Source: Mobula birostris (taxonomy: Eukaryota). From it: 64,000 nt of DNA. Positions 1 through 12,163 of the stretch are shown here, one piece after another; position 1 is the first letter of the stretch; every line of letters starts with the position of its first letter. Both the position numbers and the translations under genes were made by a program. The stretch spans positions 64,609,095-64,673,094 of the forward strand of contig NC_092384.1 of NCBI RefSeq assembly GCF_030028105.1, read 5' to 3'. The notes under the pieces are model-generated. The model was not told the DNA's origin and did no database searches. It saw only the letters and a program-made list of their open reading frames with translations.

Positions 1-675
1 GAGTGGGAGAGAACAGTGGTTGTTTTTTTTCCAAAACAAGCCAAGAAATCGAGCACTCTTAGCGTCCTTGTTACTAAAAGAACATTGAAATCACGACCTT
101 GGAATGGATCTGATGACTAAGGCGTTTTAAATGCGGATCCCCTACACAGGCTGGAGCAGGAATCCTGCCAAAGTCTTACCAACTAGTTTGAGGATCATCA
201 CCCAAATATATCAGCACTCTCAACACTCTTGTTTGGCGGTTGCCACAACAAATCCACTTTGCCTGCAATCTTATTTAATAGCAGCTGCGGCTTCATCACA
301 CTGTGAATGGGCGTTCGAGGAGCTCAGTCGCCTAAACAAAAATTCCTAAATTTAAACTCACCTACCAAAGACAAAATTCATGCAGTAGGTTGATACAAAA
401 CAGAAATGTTTTGACTACTTTGCAGTCGCTTTGCTCTGCCTGTAGCCATGGGATGTAAGTAACGAGAACCCCAGTAAAATAACCAGTTAATACATTTATT
501 TTGAAATATTAATCGCTGTCGACAGAAGGAGGCGGCTTTTATTATCTTGCGGGAAATGTGATACCTCTGCCTACGTACACTGCAATGCCACCAATGTCAT
601 AAACCACTCTGCAGATCTGAAGAGATCGCCATCGGCAGCTGTGTAAGCAGGCTCCCCTGAAAATCACGTACGTAC

Positions 676-696
676 CTTAGACATTCCAGTGCCCAT
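676..696 (-). CDS. Putative first coding exon (MGTGMSK) of a DUSP22/DUSP15-like myristoylated dual-specificity phosphatase; exon 676-723, remainder of gene probably left of the window
   Basis: Minus strand reads ttgtattttcgttgcag|ATCTGGTACTAACTGAGACTGCCAGCC ATG GGC ACT GGA ATG TCT AAG|gtacgt: acceptor, strong Kozak (GCCAGCCATGG), 21-nt phase-0 coding segment, donor. Resembles the 7-codon first exon of DUSP22 (MGNGMNK) and DUSP15 (MGNGMTK). Only 7 aa are visible. Confidence 0.45.
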
Positions 697-739
697 GGCT
701 GGCAGTCTCAGTTAGTACCAGATCTGCAACGAAAATACA

Positions 740-960
740 ACGTGTCAATAATTCAACCAACTGTAAGACCGACAATATGGTGGCTGCCTCTCAGTAATGG
801 AGGAAAGGCTTCATTACCGAAACGATTTCGACGAGGGTCGAGGCAATCTCGCCTACTTGGAGCAGTGTCACCCGCTCAGGCAACACATGAATCCCGTTTT
901 TCTTCCGGACTTCCTGGCATAGCACATCAACACACTGACATCACCACTGGGTGGTTCCAA
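740..960 (-). promoter_or_regulatory. CpG-containing candidate promoter/5' region of the left-edge gene
   Basis: Unique, CpG-retaining sequence with tandem ETS cores (cttccgg about 902, acttcct about 909) just upstream of the MGTGMSK exon. Confidence 0.3.
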
Positions 961-1196
961 CAGTAGTTAAAGGGACAAACTCCATCTCACTTCAGTCATC
1001 CCGAATTAGTTTCATAACTCCACCATGGACGCCATCTGGTTTGGACCAGCTGAGCAAGGTTATACCTGTTTGGTTTGTTGTGGAATTTATTTATTTTGAG
1101 ATACTTCCGATCCAACGGGCCTGTGCTGCCAGTTAACCTATTAACTCCGTGTTTGGAATGTGGGAAGAAACTGCAAAACGTGGAGAAAACCCTTGC

Positions 1197-1366
1197 AAAC
1201 ACGAGGAAATCTGCGGATGCTGGAATTTCAAGCAACACACATAAAAGTTGCTGGTGAACGCAGCAGGCCAGGCAGCATCTCTAAGAAGAGGTACAGTCGA
1301 CGTTTCGAGCTGAAACGTCAACTGTACCTCTTCCTAGAGATGCTGCCTGGCCTGCTGCGTTCACCA
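1197..1366. mobile_element. Fold-back Penelope-tail mini-element inserted in a V-SINE
   Basis: TSD gaaaacccttgc (1185-1196 and 1367-1378). The interior is the Penelope 3' end followed by its own inverted copy, turning at gtttcg-agc-tgaaac. Confidence 0.8.
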
Positions 1367-1597
1367 GAAAACCCTTGCGGTCAGGGTGAGAAGATGTTGA
1401 ACCCATTTCACCAGCACTCTAATAGCGTTACGCGAACTGTGTTGCCCAAGGAATTAAGGGTGCTCAGGTCAAGAACAGAATCACAGTTGAAGACTCAAGA
1501 CACTGCAGATGCTGGAGTCTGGAGGAACAAACAAACTTCTAGGCAGGGTTCCTAACCCTTTTTTATGCCATGGACCAATACCATTAAGCGAGGGGTT

Positions 1598-4500
1598 ATG
1601 ACCATAAAACCAGAAGACATAGGAGCAGAATTAGGCCATTCAGCCAATCAGGACTGCTCCGCCATTCCATCATGGCTGATCCCAGATCCCACTCAACCCC
1701 ACACACCTGCCTTCTTGCCATATCCTTTGATGCCCTGACTGATCAGGAACCAATCAACTTCAGCCTTAAATATATGCACAGACTTGGCCTCCACCACAGT
1801 CTGTGGCAGAGCATTCCACAGATTTACCACTCTCTGGCCAAAAAAAATCCTCCTTACTTCTGATCTGAAGGGTTGCCCCCTCAATTTTGAGGCTGTGCCC
1901 TCTAGTTTTGAATACCCCTATCATAGGAAACATCCTCTCCACATCCACCCTATCTAGTCCTTTCAATATTCGGTAGGTTTCAATGAACTCTCCCACATTC
2001 TTCTAAATTCTAGTGAGTACAGACACAAAGCTGCCAAATGCTCCTCATACGTTAACCCCTTCATTCCCGGAATCATCCTCACAAACCTCCTCTGGACTCT
2101 CTCCAATGACAACATCTTCTTTCAGAGATATGGGGCCCAAAACTGTTGACAATACTCCAAGTGCATCCTGACTAGTGTCTTATAAAGCCTCAGCATAATC
2201 TCCTTGCTTTCATATTCTATTCCTCTCGAAGTAAATGCCAACATTACATTTGCCTTCTTTACCACAGACTCAACCTGTAAATTAATCCTCTGGGAGTCTT
2301 GCATGAGGACTCCTAAGTCCCTTTGCAACTCTGATGTTTGAACCTTATCCCCATTTACAAACGTAAATAATAGTCTACATTATTGTTCATATTACCAAAA
2401 TGCATTATCATACATTTTCCAACGCTGTATTCTATCTGCCACATTTTTTGCCCATTTATCTAAGTACTGCTACGATCGCATTGCTTCCACAACACTACCT
2501 ACCTCTCCACTTTGCCATAAAGCCATCAATTCCATTATTCAAATAATTGACAAACAATGTGAAAAGCAGTCGTCCTAATACTGACCCCTGAGGAACACCA
2601 TTGGTCACTGGCAGCCAACCAGAAAAGGCCCCTTTTATTCCCACTTGCTGCCTTCTGCCTGTCAGCCATTCTGCTATCCATGCCAGTATCTTTCCTGCAA
2701 TGCCATAGGATTTTATCTTGTTAAGCAGCATCATGTGTTGCACCTTATCAAATGCCTTCTGAAAATCCAAGTAAATGACATCCACTACCTATCCATTGTC
2801 CACCCTGCTTCTTACTTCCTCAAAGAACAGATTTGTCAGGCAAGATTTCCCTTTACAGAAACTACACTGGCTTTGATTTATTTTATCATTGGATTCCAAG
2901 TACCTCAAAACCTCATCTTTAATAATAGACTCCAACACTTTCCCAACAACTGAAGTTAGGCTAACTGGCCTATAATTTCCTTTCTTTTGCCTTCCTCCCT
3001 TCTAAAAGAGTTGAGTGACATTTGCAATCTTCCCGCCCTCTGGGACCATGCCAGAATCAAGTGATTCTTGAAAGATCATGAGCAATACATCCATTGTGTC
3101 TTCAGCAATCTCGCTCAGGACTCTGGGATGTAGTCATCTGGTCCAGGTGACTCCTCCACCTTTGAGTTTGCCCAGCACATTTTTCTTTGTAATAGCAATG
3201 GCACTCACTCCTGCTCCCTGACACTCACAGACCTTTGGCACACTGCTAGTGTCTTCCACAGTGAAGACAAATGCAAAATACCCATTAAGTTCATCTGCCA
3301 TTTCTTTGTCCCTCATTACTACCTCACCAGTATCACTTCCTAATGGTCCAATATCAACTCTCACCTCCCTTTTTTTCCTTTATATAACTGAAAAAAACGT
3401 TTGGTATCCTGCTTTATGCTATTGGGTAGTCTGCCCTCACATTTAATCTTTTCCCTTCTTATAGCTGTTTAGTTGCCTTTTGTTGGATTTTCAAAGCTTC
3501 CCAATCATCCAACTTCCCACTCACTTTTGCTACCTTATATGCCTTGGCTTTTATGCAGTCTTTAACTTCCATTGTCAACCACAGTTGCCTTCCCCTGCCA
3601 TTCTTCTTCCTCTGTGAGACATATCTATCCTGCACTTTGTGAACTATTCCCAGAAACTTCAGCCATCACCCCCGCCAGTATCCTCCTCCAATCCACCTGG
3701 GCAAACTCCTCTCTCATGCCTCTGAAATTCCCTTTATTCCATTGCGATACTGATACCTGTTAGTTATGCTTCCCCCTCTCAAGTTGTAGTCTGAATTCAA
3801 TCATATTATGAACACTGTCTCTTAAGGGTTCCTTTACATTAGGCTCCCTAAAAAGATTTGGGTTATTACACAACACCCAATCTAAGATAGTTTCCCCAAG
3901 TGGGCTCAAGCACAAGTTGCTCTGAAAAGCCATTTCAGAGGCATTCAACAAATTCCCTCTCTTTGATCCAACACCAACCTGACTTTCCCAATCCCCTTGC
4001 ATATTGAAGTTCCCATTACAATTGTGTCATTACCCATATTACATGCCTTTTCCAATTCCCTTTGCAATCTTAACCCCACAGCTTGGCTACTATTTGGAGG
4101 CCTATGTATGATTCCCATAACGGTATTTTTACCCTTGCATTTTCTTAACTCTCCCCTCAAAGATCCAACATTCTCTGACCTTATGTCACTTCTTTCTAAG
4201 GATGTAATTCCACCTCTTACCAACAGAGCCACACCACCACCTATGCCTTCCTGCCTGTCCTTTCGATACAAAGTATACAATTTGATGTTGAGCTTCCAAC
4301 CATAGCTTTCTTTCAGCCACGACGCAGTGATGCCCAGAATGTCATACCGACTAATCTCTAATTGCACCACAACTTCATCAACCTTATTCCGAATGCTACG
4401 CACATTTAACTACAACACCTTTAGTCCTGCATTGTTCACCTTTTTGAATTTTGCCTCTGTGGTACAATTTGACTTGTTGCTCTGTCTGCATCTGTACCCA

Positions 4501-4670
4501 ATCATCAGCTCGTCCTTTCTTACATTCATTTTATAACCATCATCTACTTGTAAACCTGCTGGCTCATCCTCAGCTCTATCATCCTGGTTCCCATCCCCCT
4601 GCCATATTAGTTTAAACTACTCCCAACAGCTCTAGTAAACCTGCCCGCAAGAACATTGGTCCCCCTCGGG
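1598..4670 (-). mobile_element. CR1-type LINE, 5'-truncated and degenerate (APE endonuclease and RT fragments, 3' UTR)
   Basis: ORF fragments 3945-4403 (RSIRNKVDE..ITASWL), 2495-2785 (YLDFQKAFDKV..GVPQGSVLG), 2122-2328 (RDLGV..HLEYC.QFWAPY) and a typical CR1 3' tail near 1600-1700. It splits a short hAT MITE (1544-1597 and about 4671-4697). Confidence 0.9.
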
Positions 4671-5021
4671 TTCATGGACTTCAGGTTGAGAACGCCAAAT
4701 CTAGAGGAATTCAATAGGTTGGCAAACCAATGTGCAAAATACAACAAACTGTGGAAATATAAAAAAGAAAGAATTCACCATAATTATTGGCTCACTGTGC
4801 AGTGGATCAGAAATGGCGTTGGCAGCACTGGAAAATCCATGCACATGATTACCATTGAGCTGCTGGACCTCCAATGTTTTTTCCACCCACCATCTCTTCA
4901 CATGGTCAGGGACCTCAACCTTTGGGTGCCTCGACAGCTATTTCTTTTCTCTTATGGGTTGGCAATGCCCTGACTTTTGCAGTTAATTTAGCTCATCATC
5001 ACTCTCATCAAAAGCTATTAT

Positions 5022-5321
5022 GAGTAAGGCATCCGATAGTCTTGCGCCTAGGAAGTCTTCACTCTCCAGGGCGCAGGCCTGGGCAAGGTTGTATGGAAGA
5101 CCAGCAGTTGCCTATGCTGCAAGTCTCCCCTCTCCACGACATCAATGTTGTCCAAGGGAAGAGCATTAGGACCCATACAGCTTGGCACCAGTGTCGTCGC
5201 AGAGCAATGTGTGATTAAGTGCCTTGCTCAAGGACACAACATGTTCCCTCGGCTGGGGCTCGAACTCACGACCTTCAGGTCACTAGTCTAATGCCTTAAC
5301 CACTTGGCCACATGCCCACAC
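5022..5321 (-). mobile_element. tRNA-headed SINE with CORE-like middle, full length
   Basis: Minus strand: box A TGGCCAAGTGG, box B GTTCGAGCC, gtgtccttgagcaaggcacttaa core. 14-bp TSD tcaaaagctattat (5008-5021 and 5322-5335). A second, truncated copy lies at about 20016-20170 on the plus strand. Confidence 0.8.
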
Positions 5322-6079
5322 TCAAAAGCTATTATTTTGAGGTAAACAAGAATTTATTGATGGTATTAATTACAGTGGATTCAAGACAGTTGAGGTGGGT
5401 TTTCTACAGCTCCCTTTAGGGAGTGGGCTTCAGGCTGTATACAGATGCTGTATGAGAAGAGTTTTCCTTGAAGAGTCCAACAGACCTTCAGCACTGACTT
5501 TTTAGTGTGGCAGTGCATTGTTTTTAGCCATTGTAGGTGACAGGCTGATAGTGATCAAAGAGCAGATTATGGAGTAAAAATCATCAGCATTTGCCATAGC
5601 CTGTATGCTGTAAATGTCCCTACAGATGGTCAGAAAGACAATGATAAAATGTCAGGGATGGGAGATTTAAATGAGTTATATGGGGAGGTTTCCCCCCATA
5701 GAGGGCAGTGGGTACCTGGATCCAGAGGATGCTTCCTCTGATGGGGATAGAGGGCACAGCCTTAAAACTGCCAAAGTGTGATGAATCTGTGCTGGAGGCC
5801 GTCCATGGGTATATTTAAAGCAGAAGTTGATAGATTCCTGATTGTCTGGGGCATCAAGGGATATGGTGAGAGGGCAGGTGCGTGGATTTGAATGGGATCT
5901 GGGACCAGCCATGATGAAATGGCAGAGTGGACTTGATGGGCTAGATGGCCTAATTCTGCTCTTGTGCCCTATGGCATTATGGTCTACCTGGAACAAGCTG
6001 CCAGAGGAAATGATAGAGGTGGGTAAAACCACATTGAACCTGTCACATTTGGACAGTTTCATGGATGACAGGTTTAAAG

Positions 6080-6157
6080 CAGGGTTTCTCGACCTTTTTA
6101 TGCCATGTACCCCTACCATTAACGAGGGGTCCGTGGACTCCAGCTTGGGAATCCCTG
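6080..6157. mobile_element. About 80-bp hAT/Charlie-type MITE (other copies 16371-16454, about 50712-50798, about 52832-52910, 57432-57512, split copy at 1544)
   Basis: TIRs CAGGGGTTCCCAACC...GGTTGGGAACCCCTG with a conserved core atgccatggacc..accattaa. 8-bp nTCTAGAn-like TSDs, e.g. ctctagag/ccctggag at the 57432 copy. Confidence 0.8.
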
Positions 6158-7044
6158 CCTTAGAGGAATATGGTGCAAAATGGAACTAGCTCAGAAAGGC
6201 TCCGTGGTCCGCATGAGTGGGTTGGGCTGAAGGGCCTGTTGCTGTACTCTTTAACTCTAAGACTATAAGATGCAGTAAAATGAGACGGGAAATCTTGAGC
6301 TTGTCTCGCTGACGAAATATGTTGGGTCATGGCAAGCCAGCATTTCAAGCACCTTATCAGAAGAGTTACCCTTCCTACTCTCTTCCACTCAATTGCACTT
6401 TACCAGTAGCTGCCCAAATTACTTGGGCTGAAAGTATACATGGATAACTTCACACATCAATACCAAACTGATTCCATGACCTACAGGTTCACTTCTAAGT
6501 ACTCTACAACTCATGTATCTCAGTATTATTTATTTATTTGTTTTTATTTACATGATTACCTTCTTTTGCACATTGGTGGCTTGTCAGTCTTTATGTATAA
6601 TTTTTCATAAATTTGTATTTATTTTCTTGAGAAAACGAATCTCACAGTACTATATGGTGCCATACATGTGCTTTAATGATATATTTACTTTGAATTTGTT
6701 AATTATAAAAAGTGCCAGGAGAGGCCACTATGAGTTTGGGAGACAGTACTGCAGGTGAGGTAAGAAATGGGTCAGAAAAGGGGGAGGAATCTCAGAGGAA
6801 AATACATTCTTAGTCCAGGTCCAGTAAAAGATAGTGAACAAGGACTAGAAAACTGCAAATCATACACCCTTCTTCAGAAAAGGGAACTGGAGTAAACCCA
6901 TTAATGCAGATTATTCAGTGGAACGGGTCCTAGAAATGATAAAGAGGGTTGCAAGCTTGTAGCTCTCTGAAAACGTCAACACATGTTAGTGAGACAAGGC
7001 ATTTTGAATGCATTAGCTGAAGCATTGCGTATGAGAGTTAAGAT

Positions 7045-7850
7045 TTCAGAATCTAAATAAAGTTTAATATCACTGGCATATGTCGTGAAATTTGTTGTTT
7101 TGCAGCAGCAACGCACTGCAATACATAATAAAATCTACAAATTACAAGTATACACAAAAGGAAAATTAAACTAAGTAAATAGTGCAAAAAAGGGGAAAAG
7201 TACCAAAGCAATGTTCATGGGTTCATTGTCCATTCAGAAATTTGATGGCAGAGGGGAAGAAACTGTTCCTGAAATGTTGAGTGTGTGGCTTCAGGTTCCT
7301 TTACGTGCTCCGTGATGGTAGCAATGAGAAGAGGGCATCCTGGGTGATGGGGGTCCTTAATGATGGAAACCACCTTTTTTAAGATTCGCCTTTTAAAGAT
7401 GTCCTGGATATTGGGAAGCCAGGTCCCATAATGAAGAAGGCAGAGTTTACAACTTTCTGAAGCTTTTTCCAATACTGTGCAGTGGCCCCTCCATGCCAGG
7501 CAGTGATGCAACCAGTGCTCTCCACTGTACGTTTATAGAAATTTGCAAGCTTCTTTGGTAACATACTCCTCCAAAGAAATGTAGCCTCTGTCATCAAAGT
7601 TGCTGGTGAACGCAGCAGGCCAGGCAGCAACTTTGAAGTGTGTTGCTTGAATCTCCAGCATCTGCAGGATTCCTCGTGTTAGCCTCTGTCATGTCTTCTT
7701 TGTATTTGTATCAACATGTTGGGCCCAAGATAGATCAGAAGAAATGTTGACATCCAGGAACTTAAAGCTGCTCACTCTTTCCACTTCTGATCCTTCGATG
7801 AGAATTGATGTGTGTTCTCTCGACTTCCCCTTCGTGAAGTCACAAATTTT
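7045..7850 (-). mobile_element. Rex1/Babar-type LINE 3' fragment containing a Penelope-tail mini-insert (7595-7679)
   Basis: Matches the other Rex1 copies (SIIKDPHHPG; FYKRTVES..CITAWHG). The insert is flanked by a 13-bp TSD tagcctctgtcat. Confidence 0.75.
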
Positions 7851-8580
7851 TATATTTTCTAGAAGTCTGCAGATTTCATGCTGCAGCTATACAAAATATT
7901 CAGACTGAACTTGGGAGTATTGTGTGTGGTTCTAATCATCACACTATAGGACGTGACAGCATTAGAAAGACAGCAATAGAGATATTACCTGATGTTAAGG
8001 GCTATATGTACAGGAAGAAATTGGATACAACGTTTATTCTCACTGGGATGCAGGATGCTGAGATACAACTCTACAGAGGTTTATGAAGTTATGAGGAGTA
8101 TAGATTGGTAGATAGTGTTTCTTTATCCCCCTGGGCCACAGGTTTTATCTGAGGGGGAAAGATTTAAAAGAGGTCACAAAGGACAAGATTTACCATAGAG
8201 GGTGGTAGTTATATGGAAAGAGCTGCTAGAGGAACTGACAAAGCCAGATAAAATTGTAATGTTAAAGGTACCTGTTTAGATATTTGGATAGGAAAGGACA
8301 TGGGCCTAATGCACGAAACATACATTAGCGCAGAAGGGTTTTATGGGTGACATGGACAAGTTGGGCCAAAGAATACATTTCCAAGCTGTACAACTCTATG
8401 GTTCTTTAAAGAAATCTCTCCACATCATGTCACTCATACAAGGGCAAATCCTGCAGCAAAATCAAATATTGAACTATACTTTCAAAAGATGATGTGTCCG
8501 AATTTCCCATTTTCTCTCCATCCCGTTAGAATAGATTGATTTTAAAAATATGCACACCAGCAGACACACGCATAAATGAG

Positions 8581-8586
8581 TTTATT
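8581..8586 (-). terminator. COX4I1: COX4I1 polyadenylation signal AATAAA
   Basis: tttatt on the plus strand about 113 nt downstream of the COX4I1 stop codon. Confidence 0.65.
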
Positions 8587-8698
8587 ACCAAATTTACAGA
8601 TCAACTCCAAATTCTAAGCTAACTCTTGAACACACTAAAGCTCATACATGAACAAGTATTAAGAATTCCAGTATAGATTTACTTCCTTGATACATTCA

Positions 8699-8832
8699 TT
8701 ACTTCCACTTATTTTTCTCGTAGTCCCATTTTGAAGAAACGCCAAGAACTGGGTTCATCCTCATGTCCAACATTCTCTTTGTCTGCATAGCCTTCCATTC
8801 ATCATCAAAGGTGTGAGGAACAGGTTTATACA
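8699..8832 (-). CDS. COX4I1: Cytochrome c oxidase subunit 4 isoform 1, last coding exon (exon 5)
   Basis: cacag|TG TAT..: [44 protein letters not shown], the hallmark COX4 C-terminus. Confidence 0.96.
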
Positions 8833-9396
8833 CTGTGTATAATGAGACACAAATTAGGCCAGTTACATCATTAATTACTTCAGATGTTAAAAAAAACATT
8901 AAGCCTTTTGCCCTTTTAGTGAAAAGTTAAATTGTCATAATTGAGAAAGTTAGATATCTCTCTTGGAAGTCAATAACTGGCCATTTTAAACCTGTTTTTA
9001 GAGCACTGATCTATCATATTGATTGTCTTTTTGATGGCTTTTGCTACATTAACAAAAAGGACAATTAACAGTTCTACAGCTTATGAAATACAATTATTTT
9101 CTGACTTCGATGAATGATGTCGTTTTGACATACTCTGATTAAAGCAAATGCAATTAACGAACTTGCGATCTGAAAAGATTAAAGAATATTTAATCAGTAC
9201 TTTACTGTAAAGTGTATTTCCTTAAATTTCAGTGTTGAACCTTTCATCCGACTGTTGGGTACCCATAAAACACAACCAATACAAGAAATTATGCTGCATA
9301 TATAAATACATGATGTCTCATTTAAGGTTTATGCTATTTTTATTTTCCACAGCAGAAGAAAATTCTGGTAATATCACAAATCAAAAAGGCACTCAC

Positions 9397-9528
9397 CAAA
9401 ATGTCTTTGCCATAGGAACATCAACCCAGTGAAACCAATCACAAAAAAGAGTGCACCAGTAACAGTCTTCCATTCATTTGATGACTTGTCCATCTCAGCA
9501 TAACTCCGCTGAAAGCGAATGCGATACA
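9397..9528 (-). CDS. COX4I1: COX4I1 exon 4 (132 nt, transmembrane helix)
   Basis: cctcag|..YRIRFQRSYAEMDKSSNEWKTVTGALFFVIGFTGLMFLWQRHF|gtgagt, phase 1/1. Confidence 0.96.
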
Positions 9529-10929
9529 CTGAGGAAATTAGAAAGAATAATAATAAGAAACTGAAATGGGGGGGGGGGGAGAGCTAAAATTGATTATTAA
9601 TGAATATGGGAAACACTCAATTGCTTTTAAAGTAGTCTACAATCCTTAAGATTTTATTTTAGGATTTCTGTTGCACTGTATTCCTTTTTCAAAGTTTTAA
9701 ATTTCAGAATTTATGAACAATTAAACAATTAAAATTCCTCAAAAATAGCCATGTAAATTAGGTTTCAACATATCTAAACCTATTAGTGTATGTGCCAATG
9801 AATGAAGATACAATCCAGGAGCATAAGGGGGAAGAGGGGGTAGTATTCAGGAACAGCAGGGATCATTCGGAAGAACACACAATAATTACAAGTTCTTAAT
9901 TTGTGTTGCAAATCGGGTTGATCAAGCTGATAGAAATTGTCCTTTAGATTCAAGTAGTTGAAATCTGAAGCCTTAGTGCAGTGAGTAATTATTTTAAATT
10001 ACCATAAACACTGGTAATTGTTCAGTGTATTCTTCAGTCTTTAAATGGGTCCTTATTAAACTATTTGGTGGCATGAGTCAAGAGGACTGATCAGTCATGC
10101 TGGTATTAAGTTAGACGTGCTGCTCCACCTGAGCTTGTTAAAAACAAAGTTATCAAAAAAATACAATACCATGCAAAATTCTGAGGATCCCTTGCTATAG
10201 GTGTGTGCCGAAGACTTTTGCACAGTACTGTATATTCACCATTGATTTTTATTGCTCATGCAAGGATTGTTTCAAGTTTAAAAATGCTTAAGTAGATCAC
10301 TGCATTGCCTTTATTTTACTTATGGACTTGTTTTTATTGAATTGACGAGTCAGGAAGAAATGCTGACCCATTCATTTATTCAAATCCAATTACCAGTCAT
10401 GATAACACATTAACCCAATAATGGAGAAATTAAAGACATTAATAATGAACAATAAAAAACCAAAGACAATAAATATCAGGAAAAGGGTACAAAAATTGGA
10501 ACACTCCATGGTTTGCTCATTAAAAACATTAGCCACCTGAGGCGTAAAATCCTATAATTTTGTTGGGCAAGAGAATCATGCTTAGTTACATACAATGAAC
10601 TCTCTCCAAACTCTCCATCAATGGCAACTTTACTGTAATGACATTGTGCAGCATGCCAATCCTCGACTCAAATATCACTTGGATGAGGTTCCATGGAGAA
10701 GCTCAAAGCTGCTTACTCAACAAATTTTTCACAATATAAAATCCTTCTGGCCCCAAGAGAGACTAGAAAAAAAATAATGTTTTTAGTTGTATTAAACTAG
10801 ACTAAACATAAATATGCCTTATTTCCTTATAGCAACTAAGCTGTAGTTTCATGGGGAGGAAGTTGGTTTCCAGTCATCCTCTTGCCTTAAATTCAGTATA
10901 TCTAATGTCAACAGACAAGGTACACAATA

Positions 10930-11595
10930 TTCAGAATCAGGTTTAATAACACCAGCACATCATGAAATTTGCTAACTTTGTGGCAGTAGTACAATGCAAT
11001 ACATGATAATATAGAAAAAAACTGAATTATAGTAAAATATACATGTATATCAAAGGGTTAAATTAAATAAGTGGTGCAGAATCAAACATTAAAAAAAAAG
11101 TATGAGATAGTGTTCATGGTTTCAACGTTCATCTAGAAATCGGATGGCAGAGGGAAAGTTGTTCCTGAATCGTTGAGTGTGTGCCTTCAGGCTTCTGTAC
11201 CTCCTTCCAGATGGTAACAGTGAGAAGAGGGCATGTCCTGGGTGATGGGAAGGGTGGATGCCACCTTTTTGAGGTACCACTTCCTCAAAGATGTCTTGGA
11301 TCTATGGAAGCTAGTACCCATGATGGAGCTGACTGATTTGTACAATGCTCTGCAGTTTACTTCGATCCTGTCCGGGCTGTGATGCAGCCAGTTAGAATGC
11401 TCTCCACAGTACATCTATAGAAACTTTCGAGTGTTTTAGGTGACATTCAAAATCTCCTCACACCTCTAATGAAATATAACTGCTGTTTTGCCTTCTTTAT
11501 ATCTGCATCAATATGTTGAGACCAGGTTAGGTCCTCAGAGATATTAACACCCAGGAACTTGAAATTGCTCACTTTCTTCACTTCTGATCCCTCTA
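10930..11595 (-). mobile_element. Rex1-type LINE 3' fragment in COX4I1 intron 3
   Basis: Same 3' sequence as the other Rex1 copies, with the aaacctgattctga tail. Confidence 0.7.
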
Positions 11596-12001
11596 TAAAG
11601 GTATATTTAAAATGGAAGTTGATAGGCTCTAGATTAGTCCGGACATCAAAGGTTTCAGGGAGAAGGCAGGAGTGTGTGGCTGAATGATAATAATTCAGCT
11701 ATGATGGAATGGTGCAGCAAATGTGATGGGCCAAATGGCCTAAATCTGCTCTTATGTTTTATATCAAGTTTATTGTCATTTAACTACATACATGTATATA
11801 ATGTATATAGAAACAAGACTACATTTGTTTGAACCAGAGCACATAACACACAATAACTTACGAAGGCAAGGATAAAATTTACAGATGAATCACACACATA
11901 AATAACAAACTAAAGTGAATTAATATTATATATGTAAGGTATGGAACAGATTAACCAGTGACACTTCAAACACAATGGGCTAAATCATTTTAGTCACTTA
12001 C

Positions 12002-12163
12002 ATTTCAGTTTCTCTTCACCAGAAAGAGAAACCCAGGAACTCTTCTCCTTCTCCTTCAAGGACTTCTGCTCTCCTGACAGCTGTCCCACAAAATCAAAGG
12101 CTGAAAGGGGCTCATCCTTACGGTCAACATATTGTGGAAGTGAATAATCAAATTTTGCAATAA
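12002..12163 (-). CDS. COX4I1: COX4I1 exon 3 (162 nt)
   Basis: ccacag|..[53 protein letters not shown]|gtaagt, phase 1/1. Confidence 0.95.

Noticed and set aside
340-380. TAG|GTGAGT splice-like site on the minus strand
   Set aside because: No recognisable coding frame on either side; ambiguous as donor or acceptor.
575-616. Possible DUSP exon 2 (minus: cttcag|ATCTGCAGAGTGGTTTATGACATTGGTGGC..)
   Set aside because: It would need a 59-nt intron and several indels to resemble ILPGLYIGN; not supportable.
5245-5320. tRNA-like sequence (also about 20016-20090)
   Set aside because: SINE head followed by SINE body and TSD; no complete cloverleaf.
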